A stretch of 63,951 bases of DNA, filler included, from Octopus bimaculoides (Eukaryota), in the NCBI RefSeq assembly GCF_001194135.2. It is 8 parts of 7 records of this genome, joined end to end, with 100 filler letters (N's around TTAATTAATTAA, not from the genome) between each part and the next. Parts side by side here need not be neighbours in the genome. Positions count along the whole stretch, not along the records: positions 42,089 to 57,743 come from NW_026327745.1; positions 57,844 to 60,431 come from NC_069005.1; positions 60,532 to 62,743 come from NW_026341784.1; 5 more parts are not named here. One strand, given 5' to 3'. Shown piece after piece: positions 50,335 to 62,843 of this stretch (position 1 is the first letter of the stretch; the number at the start of each line of letters is the position of its first letter). The notes under the pieces were generated by a model. The model made no database searches, was not told where the DNA came from, and saw nothing but the letters and a program-made list of their open reading frames with translations. Made by a program: the position numbers and the translations under genes.

Positions 50335-50430
50335 AATTTTGGTCGGCCCGGAGCTATGGTACAATACACTTGTCCAAGGTAACACGCATTGGGACTGAAC
50401 CAGAAACCATACTGTTGGGAAGCAAACGTC
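50335..50430 (-). mobile_element. CORE-like SINE head fragment
   Basis: Reverse complement of head/CORE. Confidence 0.65.
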
Positions 50431-50709
50431 TTACCGCACATCGATCCCAGCGTTCAACTGATACTTATTTTATAGGAGATGTGAGTTCGCTTCCCACGGG
50501 CAGCCTTCGAATCATCCTATTCAAAAGGTTTTCTTCAACTCAGTATTTGCATGTTGTTACCTCTATAGCTTTAGCTTTATGTGCTTCGAGATCCATTGTT
50601 CCGCAAAATAATATATNNNNNNNNNNNNNNNNNNNNNNNNNNNNNNNNNNNNNNNNNNNNNNNNNNNNNNNNNNNNNNNNNNNNNNNNNNNNNNNNNNNN
50701 NGGAGAGAT

Positions 50710-50990
50710 GAAAGACGGACGAAATACCGCTAAGCATTTCTCCCAGCATGCTAACGTTTCTTATTTCTTTATTGCTCACAAGGGGCTAAATATAAAGGGG
50801 ACAAACAAGGACAGACAAAGGGGTTAAGTCGATTATATCAACCCCAGTGCGTAACTAGTACTCAATTTATCGACCCCGAAAGGATGAAAGGCAAAGTCGA
50901 CCTCGGCGGAATTTGAACTCAGAACGTAGCGACGGGCGAAATACCGCTAAGCATTTCGTCCGGCGCGCTAACGATTCTGCCAACTCGCAG
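50710..50990 (-). mobile_element. Nin-domain SINE, full length, followed by a second head fragment
   Basis: Close match to family consensus 50760-50990; extra head at 50710-50760. Confidence 0.9.
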
Positions 50991-51119
50991 TGCTCGCTCT
51001 CACCATCAGTGGATGCGTGACTGTTCCAATATATTCCTTTTTTTTTTTTCTTTTTTTCCCCACTTCTGATTGTGACCAGAACAATTTTAACACATATTTA
51101 AGAAATATCTACGAATACA

Positions 51120-51290
51120 AACGCCGACTTGGCTGAGCTGTAAGAAGTTTGCTTCCCAACAATATAGTCCATGGTTCAATCTCACTGCATGGCACCTTGG
51201 GTAACTATCTTCTTTTAAATCCTCGAGCCGACCAAAACCTAAAGACGTAAATTCGGAAGAATGGAACTGAACGAAGCCCATTGTGTACAT
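51120..51290 (-). mobile_element. Diverged CORE-like SINE head
   Basis: Reverse complement of head/CORE. Confidence 0.6.
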
Positions 51291-51544
51291 ATATATTGAC
51301 AAACGGTGTTAGTTTGTTTGTCTCCCCCGAGACAGCATACATACGTAAGGTGGAGAGGTTGTTAAGTTCCAGATGTTTTCTTTTTTTTTTCTAAATTTTA
51401 TGCTTTAAAAAATGCTCGCTGAGAGAGACGGAACGTCGGACAAATCGACTGCAATAAAGGTATGTCTCTGTGTGTGTGTGTGTGTGTGTGTGTGAATATG
51501 TATATGTATGTATACATATAAAAAGGAAAATTAAACTGAAAATA

Positions 51545-51755
51545 TAATCGTCGTCGTCGTTATGATGATGATGATTATCATCATCATCATAATCATCAAC
51601 ATCATCGTCATCATCAACGTCACCATCATCATCATCGTCCTCATCGTCTTCATCCTCATCCTCATCTTCATCGTCATCTTCATCGTCATCTTCATCGTCA
51701 TCATCATCAACGCCATTGTCATCATCATCATAATCATCATCATCATCATAATCAT

Positions 51756-51802
<47 letters not shown>

Positions 51803-51815
51803 CCATCATCATAAG
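51545..51815 (+). repeat. (ATC)n-type microsatellite
   Basis: Direct inspection. Confidence 0.92.
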
Positions 51816-52924
51816 CAGTGGCATTGAACCTCAGTTGTACTTGAAACGCTAGTTTTGTTCTCTCTCTCTCTCTCTATTTCTCTTTCCTTTAATCTCTCCA
51901 CGACTCTTATGTTGTATTTTCNNNNNNNNNNNNNNNNNNNNNNNNNNNNNNNNNNNNNNNNNNNNNNNNNNNNNNNNNNNNNNNNNNNNNNNNNNNNNNN
52001 NNNNNNNNNNNNNNNNNNNNNNNNNNNNNNNNNNNNNNNNNNNNNNNNNNNNNNNNNNNNNNNNNNNNNNNNNNNNNNNNNNNNNNNNNNNNNNNNNNNN
52101 NNNNNNNNNNNNNNNNNNNNNNNNNNNNNNNNNNNNNNNNNNNNNNNNNNNNNNNNNNNNNNNNNNNNNNNNNNNNNNNNNNNNNNNNNNNNNNNNNNNN
52201 NNNNNNNNNNNNNNNNNNNNNNNNNNNNNNNNNNNNNNNNNNNNNNNNNNNNNNNNNNNNNNNNNNNNNNNNNNNNNNNNNNNNNNNNNNNNNNNNNNNN
52301 NNNNNNNNNNNNNNNNNNNNNNNNNNNNNNNNNNNNNNNNNNNNNNNNNNNNNNNNNNNNNNNNNNNNNNNNNNNNNNNNNNNNNNNNNNNNNNNNNNNN
52401 NNNNNNNNNNNNNNNNNNNNNNNNNNNNNNNNNNNNNNNNNNNNNNNNNNNNNNNNNNNNNNNNNNNNNNNNNNNNNNNNNNNNNNNNNNNNNNNNNNNN
52501 NNNNNNNNNNNNNNNNNNNNNNNNNNNNNNNNNNNNNNNNNNNNNNNNNNNNNNNNNNNNNNNNNNNNNNNNNNNNNNNNNNNNNNNNNNNNNNNNNNNN
52601 NNNNNNNNNNNNNNNNNNNNNNNNNNNNNNNNNNNNNNNNNNNNNNNNNNNNNNNNNNNNNNNNNNNNNNNNNNNNNNNNNNNNNNNNNNNNNNNNNNNN
52701 NNNNNNNNNNNNNNNNNNNNNNNNNNNNNNNNNNNNNNNNNNNNNNNNNNNNNNNNNNNNNNNNNNNNNNNNNNNNNNNNNNNNNNNNNNNNNNNNNNNN
52801 NNNNNNNNNNNNNNNNNNNNNNNNNNNNNNNNNNNNNNNNNNNNNNNNNNNNNNNNNNNNNNNNNNNNNNNNNNNNNNNTGTTTTAAAAAAAAGTATTTC
52901 ACTTTTTGCTACTTTATTTCTTAC

Positions 52925-52927
52925 TAA

Positions 52928-52993
<66 letters not shown>

Positions 52994-53019
52994 CATAATT
53001 ATTATTATTATTATTATTA

Positions 53020-53077
<58 letters not shown>

Positions 53078-53090
53078 CATTATTATTATT
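52925..53090 (+). repeat. (ATT)n microsatellite
   Basis: Direct inspection. Confidence 0.95.
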
Positions 53091-53759
53091 TTTCCAGAGA
53101 GGAAATAAGTATATTTCTATCGAAGGAATTTAGACCGAATTAGAGAGGATGCGAAGCAATCAGCAGATCAGTTAATCCCTTGTAGAATTATCAAAATCTG
53201 CTATCGATTCTTCGATCTATAAATAATATTTTGTTTCATGAAAATAACCTGTCTAAAGTGCATCAGCAGAGAAACAAGTCGTTATGCTGTGTTATTCTTT
53301 TTGCCGTTTACTTATTTCAGCCAATGAACTGCGGCCATGCTGGGGCACCGCCATGAAGGGTTTTGTTGGACAAATCAGCTGTAGTACTTACGCGCTCTTT
53401 TTGTTTTTATTCATTTATTTTGTTTTACTTTTAGATCTGGTACTTAGTCTATCGATCACTTCTGACGAACCGCTAATTTACCAGGACCTGAACAAACCAA
53501 CACCGGCTGTCAAGTGGTAGCGTCTTGGGTGACAAATACTGACACAAATACACACACACATACATGCATGCACAAACACATACATACATATACACACACA
53601 CACATACATTACATACATACGTACGTACGTGCGTGTGTACATACATATATACATACATACGTACGTACGTACATACAGACATTACATATATATATATATA
53701 CATACATTCATACACACATTACATGCGTACATACATACATACATACATACATGCATACA

Positions 53760-54110
53760 TAGGAGTGGCTGTGTGGTAAATAGTTTGCTTACCAACCACA
53801 TGGCTCCGGGTTCACTCTCACTGCGTGGCACCTTGGGAAAGTATATTCAACTATAGCCTCGGGCCGACCAAGGCCTTGTAAACAGATTTGGTAGATGGAA
53901 ACTGAAAGAAGTTTGTGTGGCTGTGTTTTTCCCCCACCCTCGCTTGACAACCAATGTTGGCGTGTTTACGTCCCCGAAACTTAGCGGTTCAGCAAAAGAG
54001 ACCGCTAGAATATGTACTTGGCTTACAAAGAATAAGTCCTCTGGTCGATTTATTCGACTAAAGTCGGTGCTCCAGCACGGCCGCTGTCAATGACAAACAA
54101 GTAAAAGAAT
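53760..54110 (+). mobile_element. CORE-like SINE, full length
   Basis: Head, CORE, body and GTAAAAGAAT tail. Confidence 0.9.
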
Positions 54111-54245
54111 ATATATATATATATGAGGAATTAGGTATGAATTTTCTGTTTGTTAAATTTTGTTGTTCGGTAAGACATTATCGAGTCCTCATACGGCGTT
54201 TAACGACGGAAGAGTCTATAGTATATATATATACATAATATATAT

Positions 54246-54785
54246 TAAGATACAGAAATAAATTTATTTCTCAAACGCGTGATAATGCTATAAATAGCAT
54301 CATCAGGATAAATTATCCATTTATTGCAGAAAAATACGTTACTGGCCAGCCTAGATACTCGAACTCACATCTCTTTGATTACGCGTCAAGTGTTTTATTT
54401 TAAACCAAACTGTCCAGCAACGAATTCTTCTGCAATTTTCGAACTTATAAATTTAGCTTAATAAGACGTTAACGTTAAATTCAACTTTACGATGAAAGTA
54501 AACACAAAGTTTGTTTTTAGAAGCGTTGAGATGTATTGTAAGATACAGAAATAAAATTATTTCTCAAACGCGTGATAATGCTAATAGCGTGATCAGGATA
54601 AATTATCCATACATTGCAGAAAAATACGTTACTGGCCAGCCATGAGACTAGAACTCACATTTCTGTGATTACGCGTCAAGTGTTTTACCATTAAACTAAA
54701 CTCCCCAGCAACGAATTTAACGTTGAATTTAACGTTAGCGTCTTATGAAGCTAAATTTATAAGTTCTAAAATTGCAGAAGAATTC
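54246..54785. repeat. Duplicated ~180-bp tRNA-like unit plus inverted 64-bp segment (A-B-x-A'-B' inverted)
   Basis: A 54246-54426, A' 54539-54717; B 54422-54485 is the reverse complement of 54722-54785. Confidence 0.88.
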
Positions 54786-54835
<50 letters not shown>

Positions 54836-55094
54836 CAGACAGAGATATTTTTTCTACTCGTTTGAGTGTTAGATGGAGACCAGTGATAGCCAAAAACAGC
54901 CACTAGGGGTCACTGATATCAATTTAACAGCAATAAAAATCATACATTTGGCTAAAGCCCTAACTAGCGTTTCATAGAGCAGTAAACTGCCTCGTGACAT
55001 TTTTATGTTTGTTTCCGAGTTTTATGTCAATCTAATGGCTCTTCTCTCTAACCCCAGACATTCTTACTCTTTTCTTCTTACTCCTTTTCTCTCT

Positions 55095-55112
55095 TTGCGA
55101 CTTGCTCTGCCT

Positions 55113-55160
<48 letters not shown>

Positions 55161-55257
55161 TTCTTTATCTCTCTTTCAATGCTTGGTGTTTGTTTTTTGT
55201 TTGTTGTAGTTGTTGCATTGCTTTCTGTTGTGTATATTCTTGTTTTTACTTTCCCAG

Positions 55258-55317
<60 letters not shown>

Positions 55318-55446
55318 CTCTCTTCCTCTCGCTCTCTCTCTAATCATCTCTTTCTGTCTCTCTGTTTCTATCTCTCTGCCTGCTTTTCTCTTTCTTTCTT
55401 CCTATGCCTGTCTACCTCTCTCTATCTCTTTCTCCTTCCTTCTGTG

Positions 55447-55499
<53 letters not shown>

Positions 55500-55789
55500 C
55501 TCTTTCTGTCTCTCTCTCTCTCTCTTTCTGTCTCTGTCTCCCTCCCTTTCTCTCTCGCCTTAATTATCTCTTTCTGTCTCATTGTTTCTCTCTCTCTGTC
55601 TACCACTCTCAATCTCTTTCTCATTCCTTCTGTGTGTCTCTCTCTCTTCCTTTCTCTCTCCATCCTTCTCTCTCTCTCTAATTGTCTCTTTCTGTCTCTC
55701 TGTTTCTATCTCTCTGCCTGCTTCTCTCTCTCTTTCTCCCTATACCTGTCTACCTCTCTCTATCTCTTTCTCCTTCCTTTTGTGTCTGC

Positions 55790-55827
<38 letters not shown>

Positions 55828-56160
55828 TTATCTCTCTCTCTATCTATCTCTATCTCTCTCTTTCTATCTCTCTCTTTCTATCTTTCTCTCGTTCTCTCAC
55901 TTCTTCCCCTTCATTCTGTCTCTCCTTAATCTTTTTTAAATTCTCTCTATTTCTTCATATTCGCTACCCTCTCTCTATCTCTCTCTCTCTCTCTCCCTCC
56001 CTCCCTCTCCCCTTCATCACACTTTTATCCTTTTTCCTTTATTTTCTAACCCCTTTTTTCCCTTCATGGCTCTCCTTTCTGTGTCTCCTTTCTCCTCTCT
56101 CAGCATCTTAATCTCTAACTCTCCCCCTCTCCATCTCTCTCTCTTCCTCCTCTTCTCCTC
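55095..56160 (+). repeat. (CT)n-rich polypyrimidine block with an internal ~130-bp duplication
   Basis: 55330-55460 resembles 55670-55800. Confidence 0.88.
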
Positions 56161-57203
56161 TACCCCCACCCCACCTCAATCTATGCTATTTTTATGTCCA
56201 TTCTTAATCATGCTGGTCATGTTATATGCTGTTTGTTATGTTGTTGTTGTTGACATTGTTGTTGTTGATGATGTTGTGGGTGTTTGTGGTGATGTTTTAG
56301 TGGTGTTGGTTCTTTTTGTTGTCATTGTTGTTGGTGGTGGTGGTGGGGGTGTAGAGAGGGCTTTTTGTTGTTGTTGTTGTTGTTGTTGTTGCTGTCCTTG
56401 CTGTTATTTCCGTGTTGTTTTTGTGGGTTTTAATGACAGAGGAACTGTCGTTGTTACATGCTGACAATAGAAATGTGATACTATCATCATCATCGTCATC
56501 ATCATCGTCATCATCATCATCGTCATCATCATCATCATCATCATCATCATCGTCACGACTTCCACCACTTTCATCATCGTCATCATCGTCACCATCGCCC
56601 CTCCCCTTCCATTCCACGTCCTTTATCGTCAAATGTTTAATGGACAATANNNNNNNNNNNNNNNNNNNNNNNNNNNNNNNNNNNNNNNNNNNNNNNNNNN
56701 NNNNNNNNNNNNNNNNNNNNNNNNNNNNNNNNNNNNNNNNNNNNNNNNNNNNNNNNNNNNNNNNNNNNNNNNNNNNNNNNNNNNNNNNNNNNNNNNNNNN
56801 NNNNNNNNNNNNNNNNNNNNNNNNNNNNNNNNNNNNNNNNNNNNNNNNNNNNNNNNNNNNNNNNNNNNNNNNNNNNNNNNNNNNNNNNNNNNNNNNNNNN
56901 NNNNNNNNNNNNNNNNNNNNNNNNNNNNNNNNNNNNNNNNNNNNNNNNNNNNNNNNNNNNNNNNNNNNNNNNNNNNNNNNNNNNNNNNNNNNNNNNNNNN
57001 NNTCATCATCATCATCATCATCATCGTCATCATCATCACAATCATCATCATCATCTAACCATCATCATCATCGTCATCATCGTCATCATCATCATCATCC
57101 TCATCATCATCATCATCCTCATCATCTTCGTCATCGCCATCATCATCGCCATCATTATTATTGCTACCATTATTACCATCTCGCACCATCGTCATCGTCG
57201 TCG

Positions 57204-57235
<32 letters not shown>

Positions 57236-57424
57236 GTCACGACTTCCACCACTTTCATCATCGTCATCATCGTCACCATCGCCCCTCCCCTTCCATTCCA
57301 CGTCCTTTATCGTCAAATGTTTAATGGACAATAATTTTCTCTCCAATTTAAGGTTTTATTCTCAACCAATTAAACTGTTTTCTTCAACACAAAGATTAAT
57401 GTTAGCGCCTCAGCCAGACTACAT

Positions 57425-57630
57425 ACGGATTTTATCATTTGCTTGCTTCAATCATTGGACTGCGACCATGCTGGGGCACCAACTTGAACGTTTTTAGTGG
57501 AACAGCTAGATCGTAGTACTTATGGGATATCTTTTTTCTTTTTTATTACTTGGTACTTATTCTGTCAGTTGTTTTTGGCCGAGCTGCGAAGTTAGGGTGA
57601 CGTAAACAAAGCAACACCGATTTTCAAGTG
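57425..57630 (-). mobile_element. CORE-like SINE tail (diverged)
   Basis: TGCGACCATGCTGGGGCACC and GTAAACAAAGCAACACCG. Confidence 0.65.
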
Positions 57631-57743
57631 GTGCTGGTGCTGGTGGTGGCGCTGGTGCTGGTGGTGGCGCTGGTGCTGGTGGCTGCAGTATTGCTGGTGG
57701 TAGTGGTGGTGCTGGTGCTGGTGGCTGCAGCATTGCTGGTGGT

Positions 57744-57843
57744 NNNNNNNNNNNNNNNNNNNNNNNNNNNNNNNNNNNNNNNNNNNNTTAATTAATTAAN
57801 NNNNNNNNNNNNNNNNNNNNNNNNNNNNNNNNNNNNNNNNNNN
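57744..57843. other. Artificial contig-joining spacer
   Basis: 44 N + TTAATTAATTAA + 44 N. Confidence 0.97.
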
Positions 57844-57965
57844 TGGTTCACTTTGCCTTTTATCCTTTCGGGGTCGATAAAATATGTACCAGATGAGTAG
57901 TGGGATCAATATAATCGACTTACACCCGAAATTGCTGGCCTTGTTTCAAAATTTGAAACCAGTAT
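57844..57965 (+). mobile_element. Nin-domain SINE 3' part
   Basis: CACTTTGCCTTTTATCCTTTCGGGGTCGATAAAATATGTACCAG. Confidence 0.85.
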
Positions 57966-58239
57966 TATAATAATGTGCTGCTGATTAACCCATTACCTAC
58001 CATTGATCTCATATGAGATCACTTAAAAATTACAAATTTCGTAATTATCTGTCAATATTTACACATATCTAACCTTTTTGCTATATCTACTAAGTATATT
58101 TCTCTGATATTCAAATGAGGTTTGCTAATTTTTCACCCAATATCTCGCTTATTTCTATTTAAAATGTTATTTTGAAATATTATTTTCATATACAACATAG
58201 GATTATTAATTGTTTAATTTTTAATTTACAGCTTTGATA

Positions 58240-59294
58240 ATGATTGGTAAAAAACTTGCAATTAGAGCCGTTTAACGCTACCGGTGGGAAAAGGTCAGGG
58301 TACAAGGGCAAACGCAAAAGAAATTAACGATGTGAAAGGCCCAGGAACTGTCAATGAACGTGTGGTTTCAAGGAAGGCGGCACTAACCTCGAAGACAAAC
58401 CAAGGTCAGGGAGACCTTTTGTGGGAGATGAAACCTTGCTTGAAGCGATCGAACAATAGCTAAGCACAAGCACTTGTACACCGTCGGCAGAACTTGGTCC
58501 TTCACCGTCAATTGTCAACTCCATAAGATCGGTTTTGCGAGTAGAGGCTGTCGAGAAACTCCTCATGAACTGACCGATGACTATGCTCAACAACATGTGG
58601 ACGTTTGCAAACAACTGCTGACAAATCCTCCAGATGCTTGTTTCGGGCGTCAAATTCTAATTGGAGATGGAAAATGGATCTGTTTTTGTAATCCTAATAA
58701 GAGAAATCGGTGGTTTTGTTCTGACCAGATTTCAGAACCTGTTGTCAAACAAGGGCAGTTTCAACAGAGGCTCAAGTGTGTTTGGCAGAATTTCGAGAGG
58801 CTGTTGCTCTTTGAGCTTGTCCCAGGTGGTCGCGCTGTGCGTGTTAACTTTTATGCTCAACAACTGCAGCGAATATATGATACTTTGAAAGATCGCTACC
58901 CTGCATTAGTCAATCGAAGACACGCACTCCTACAGCATGACAATGTCCCACCACACAAGGCCAATGTGACCAAATGGAGGAACTTAAGGTGCTAGAAGTG
59001 CTACTTCACCTAGCCTATAGTCCAGACCCTGAATTATCAGATTACCACATTTTCCGAACCATGTCCTATTAACTGCAAGTTTCATCAATGTGGATGAGGT
59101 TGAAAACGGGAGAAGGGAGGTTTTTGTCTCTAAACCAGCCAAATATTATAAGCGTGGAACTGAGCTTCTGGCACAAGGATAGCAACAGACAATAGAATGG
59201 GATGTATTTTGATGACTAAACGCTTTTCGTGTGTAATTTATTTGAACTATTGATTAAAATTTGAAATGCGAAAAACTTTTGACTCATCCTGGTA
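58240..59294 (+). mobile_element. Degenerate mariner (DD34D-type) transposase and probable 3' TIR
   Basis: LEDKPRSGRP; TPHEL (WVPHEL); ILIGDGKW (IVTGDEKW); LLQHDNVPPH; HLAYSPDPELSDYHIF (HPPYSPDLAPSDY); ends ...GACTCATCCTGG-TA; several frameshifts and stops. Confidence 0.9.
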
Positions 59295-60286
59295 AATTAG
59301 AAAGGCCTCAATTAATATAACTAAATTTTGCTGAGCAAAATTATAACGGACAAAAAAAATTAAGTAAATAGAATCCACAACTATCGAAGTATATTTCTAT
59401 ATATCTCAAATAATATTAATCCAAATTCGTTTAAGTCGAAGACAATCTTTGGTTATTTTAATAACATACAATAACAATCTATAAGTATATAAATGAATTA
59501 AGTACCAGGGCCTTACTTAATCTAGAAACAGTAATAAAACGTGTAAATAAATATTCATTCTCAAAATGTGCCTATGCATGTTCGGAAAAAAAAACCTACT
59601 TCTAGTATTACAACTAACGATTTATTTATATGCAATACTTTTCATTTATTTATAATTACACAAAGAAAAATTATGAAAATTATATAAATGATAATATAAT
59701 ATTATATCAATATAATGATAATATATAACAAATATTCTCTTATTTAAAGTTATTGATATAAAGACTGCTTAGAGTAACTAACAAAAAAATATTCTTTCTT
59801 TACGTAGTTTATCGGAGGAAGAATTCCGTAAGAAATATGAACAAAAACTTACAACTACGATAACTGCAACCCATATTACTCCATAGATATAGAGTTAAGC
59901 TATAATAATGGATATCAAGATATTACTAATTTTTTTTTTAGAAGTAAACAAATTTGAAATTACTTAAGTAAGGATTATTCACAGTAACTAACAAGTAAAT
60001 GTCCCTATATACGTATATTATGGAAGAGAGAACTCAGTAAATAAAATAAAATAGGATAAACAAATACATAAGGATGTAGTATCTATCGATCCACGATAAA
60101 TATAATCGATATTATTTTTTAGATAGAGAACTATAAATAGTATATATCCAAATTTTATTAATTCTTTCAGAAGTAACAAAATTAGATTTTTGCAATAAGA
60201 ATACAAGCTATAAACTATACAATACTATAAGAATTATTATTGTGGTTATCAAGTTTAGTTAGCATCTCAAATAAAACTATTCATTT

Positions 60287-60317
<31 letters not shown>

Positions 60318-60431
60318 ATTAATTATTAAATTAAATGAATGTATTTATAAATATAATTATTTAGTATAATGAAGATATCTTATTTGTAATTTGTAATTAA
60401 TATTAAATTACTAATATAATGATGTATTTTA

Positions 60432-60531
60432 NNNNNNNNNNNNNNNNNNNNNNNNNNNNNNNNNNNNNNNNNNNNTTAATTAATTAANNNNNNNNNNNNN
60501 NNNNNNNNNNNNNNNNNNNNNNNNNNNNNNN
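60432..60531. other. Artificial contig-joining spacer
   Basis: 44 N + TTAATTAATTAA + 44 N. Confidence 0.97.
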
Positions 60532-62290
60532 TTTAACGTCCGCTTTCCATGCTAGCATGGGTTGGACGATTTGACTGATGGACTGGTGAACCAGGTGGTT
60601 ACACCAGGCTCCAATGTGATTTGGCAGAGTTTCTACAGCTGGATGCCCTTCCTAATGCCAACCAATCCGAGAGTGTAGTGGATGCTTTTACGTGCCTCCG
60701 CACGAAGGCCAGTCAGGCGGTACTGGCAACAGCGACGCTCAAAATGGTGTCCTTTATGTGCCACCTGCACGGGAGCCAGTCCAGCGGCACTGGCAACGAT
60801 CTCACTCGAATGTCCTTACACGTGCCACCAGCACAAGTGCCAGGGCACCGGTGCCATCACGATTTCGCTTGCCTCAAAAGGTCTTCGCAAGCTGAGTTTC
60901 TGTTTCCAATGAAGGAGACGACGTTGGCATGGGTGCCATCCATCGAAATTAGTTCGATTTCACTTGCCTCAACAGGTCTTCGCAAGCGGAGTTTAGTGTC
61001 CAACGTAGGAAGGTACGCATCCTGACAGAGGCCTTGGATTTANNNNNNNNNNNNNNNNNNNNNNNNNNNNNNNNNNNNNNNNNNNNNNNNNNNNNNNNNN
61101 NNNNNNNNNNNNNNNNNNNNNNNNNNNNNNNNNNNNNNNNNNNNNNNNNNNNNNNNNNNNNNNNNNNNNNNNNNNNNNNNNNNNNNNNNNNNNNNNNNNN
61201 NNNNNNNNNNNNNNNNNNNNNNNNNNNNNNNNNNNNNNNNNNNNNNNNNNNNNNNNNNNNNNNNNNNNNNNNNNNNNNNNNNNNNNNNNNNNNNNNNNNN
61301 NNNNNNNNNNNNNNNNNNNNNNNNNNNNNNNNNNNNNNNNNNNNNNNNNNNNNNNNNNNNNNNNNNNNNNNNNNNNNNNNNNNNNNNNNNNNNNNNNNNN
61401 NNNNNNNNNNNNNNNNNNNNNNNNNNNNNNNNNNNNNNNNNNNNNNNNNNNNNNNNNNNNNNNNNNNNNNNNNNNNNNNNNNNNNNNNNNNNNNNNNNNN
61501 NNNNNNNNNNNNNNNNNNNNNNNNNNNNNNNNNNNNNNNNNNNNNNNNNNNNNNNNNNNNNNNNNNNNNNNNNNNNNNNNNNNNNNNNNNNNNNNNNNNN
61601 NNNNNNNNNNNNNNNNNNNNNTGCACATTTACATTACACATCCAGCGGAGCATACTGGCTTCATTCCTGCGAGCTTACGCATGTCCTCAGCAGTTACAGC
61701 CCATGTTTCACTGCCATGTAGCATGGCTATTCGTACACATGCGTCATACAGTCTGCCTTTTACTCTGAGTGAGAGGCCCTTTGTCACCAGCAGAGGTAAG
61801 AGCTCTCTGAACTTTGCCCAGGCTATTCTTATTCTAGCAGCTACACTTTCAGCGCACTCTCCCCCACCACTAACTTGGTCACCAAGATAGCGGAAGCTAT
61901 CAACCACTTCTAGATTTACTCCCTAGAATGTGGCAGAAGTTGTTTTCTGCACATTTACAGTGTTTATAGCTCCTGAATACCTGCTACAAACGAAAACTGA
62001 CTTCCTAGTTAACCTTCCTTTGATATTGCTGCACTTCTTATGTGTCCATTGCTTGCACTGGGTGCATCTTATAGAGTTTCTTCCCACGCCTTTTCTACAG
62101 ATCGAGCAGGGCCATCTACCTGAAGGGGTTTGTGTTTTCTCTACCTTCCTACTTATTAGGACTTTGGTTTTAGCTAGGTTGACTCTAAGGCCCTTCGATT
62201 CTAGTTCTTGCTTCCACACCTGAAACTTCTCCTCTAGTTCTGATAGTGACTCAGAAATTAGTGCAAGGTCATCAGCATAGAGGAGCTCAT
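60532..62290 (-). mobile_element. 5'-truncated RTE-clade LINE (RT C-terminus with Cys/His finger insert, 3' UTR), gap at 61043-61621
   Basis: ELLYADDLALI; GLRVNLAKTKVL; CSIC..GVG.NSIRC..C..W.HK.CS; FRYLGD; AWAKFRELLPLL; KGRLYDACVR.AMLHGSETW; 3' end CCAACCCATGCTAGCATGGAAAGCGGACGTTAAA. Confidence 0.92.
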
Positions 62291-62743
62291 AGCACGAGGT
62301 GGTTTGTGTTTATCACTTGAGTCAAATTCTTAATTTGTGTGTTATAGCAATACCCGGACAAGTCAAAATATCTTCGTTTTTTTACTCCTTCACCTGCAGT
62401 AAAAGGAGCCAGGTGGCCTTGTCTGGTAAGTTGAAGAAACAACAAAAATATTTTAATAAGTTTTAGCTTCAGTTTATATTTTCTATGTTACCATACAGTG
62501 TTTTTATAGTTAATGTATATATGTGAGATAATAGTTTCACTTTAATAGTTTCAGTATTAAAGTGAAACTATTAAAGTGAAAGTGTCTGACATTAGAATAG
62601 AGAGATGTTATTGTTTCACTTTTGACATGTAAAAGCACAATAGTGGAGATGTGATACTGCACTGGGCTTGCACTAGGCAAGAAGTTAAAAATGTTTTGGG
62701 CCTAAAACACTACCTGGACCCTAAGTAAGGCATGTGTAAAATT

Positions 62744-62843
62744 NNNNNNNNNNNNNNNNNNNNNNNNNNNNNNNNNNNNNNNNNNNNTTAATTAATTAAN
62801 NNNNNNNNNNNNNNNNNNNNNNNNNNNNNNNNNNNNNNNNNNN
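62744..62843. other. Artificial contig-joining spacer
   Basis: 44 N + TTAATTAATTAA + 44 N. Confidence 0.97.

Noticed and set aside
18494-57279. Homopolymeric or dipeptide ORFs (poly-I, -D, -S, -K, -E, YI, CV, HT, LS), including 24844-25137, 34495-35078, 36114-36456, 42360-43097 and 55005-56111
   Set aside because: Translations of microsatellites, open in several frames and on both strands, with no splice or codon evidence.
56520-57333. ~130-bp sequence duplicated on both sides of the 56650-57002 gap
   Set aside because: Identical copies flanking a gap in low-complexity DNA are most likely an unmerged contig overlap.
59300-60431. Extremely AT-rich stretch as possible organellar or foreign DNA
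   Set aside because: No recognisable mitochondrial gene, rRNA or tRNA; consistent with nuclear AT-rich intergenic DNA.
1538-61768. Long ORFs made mostly of X in the ORF track
   Set aside because: They are open only because N runs contain no stop codons.
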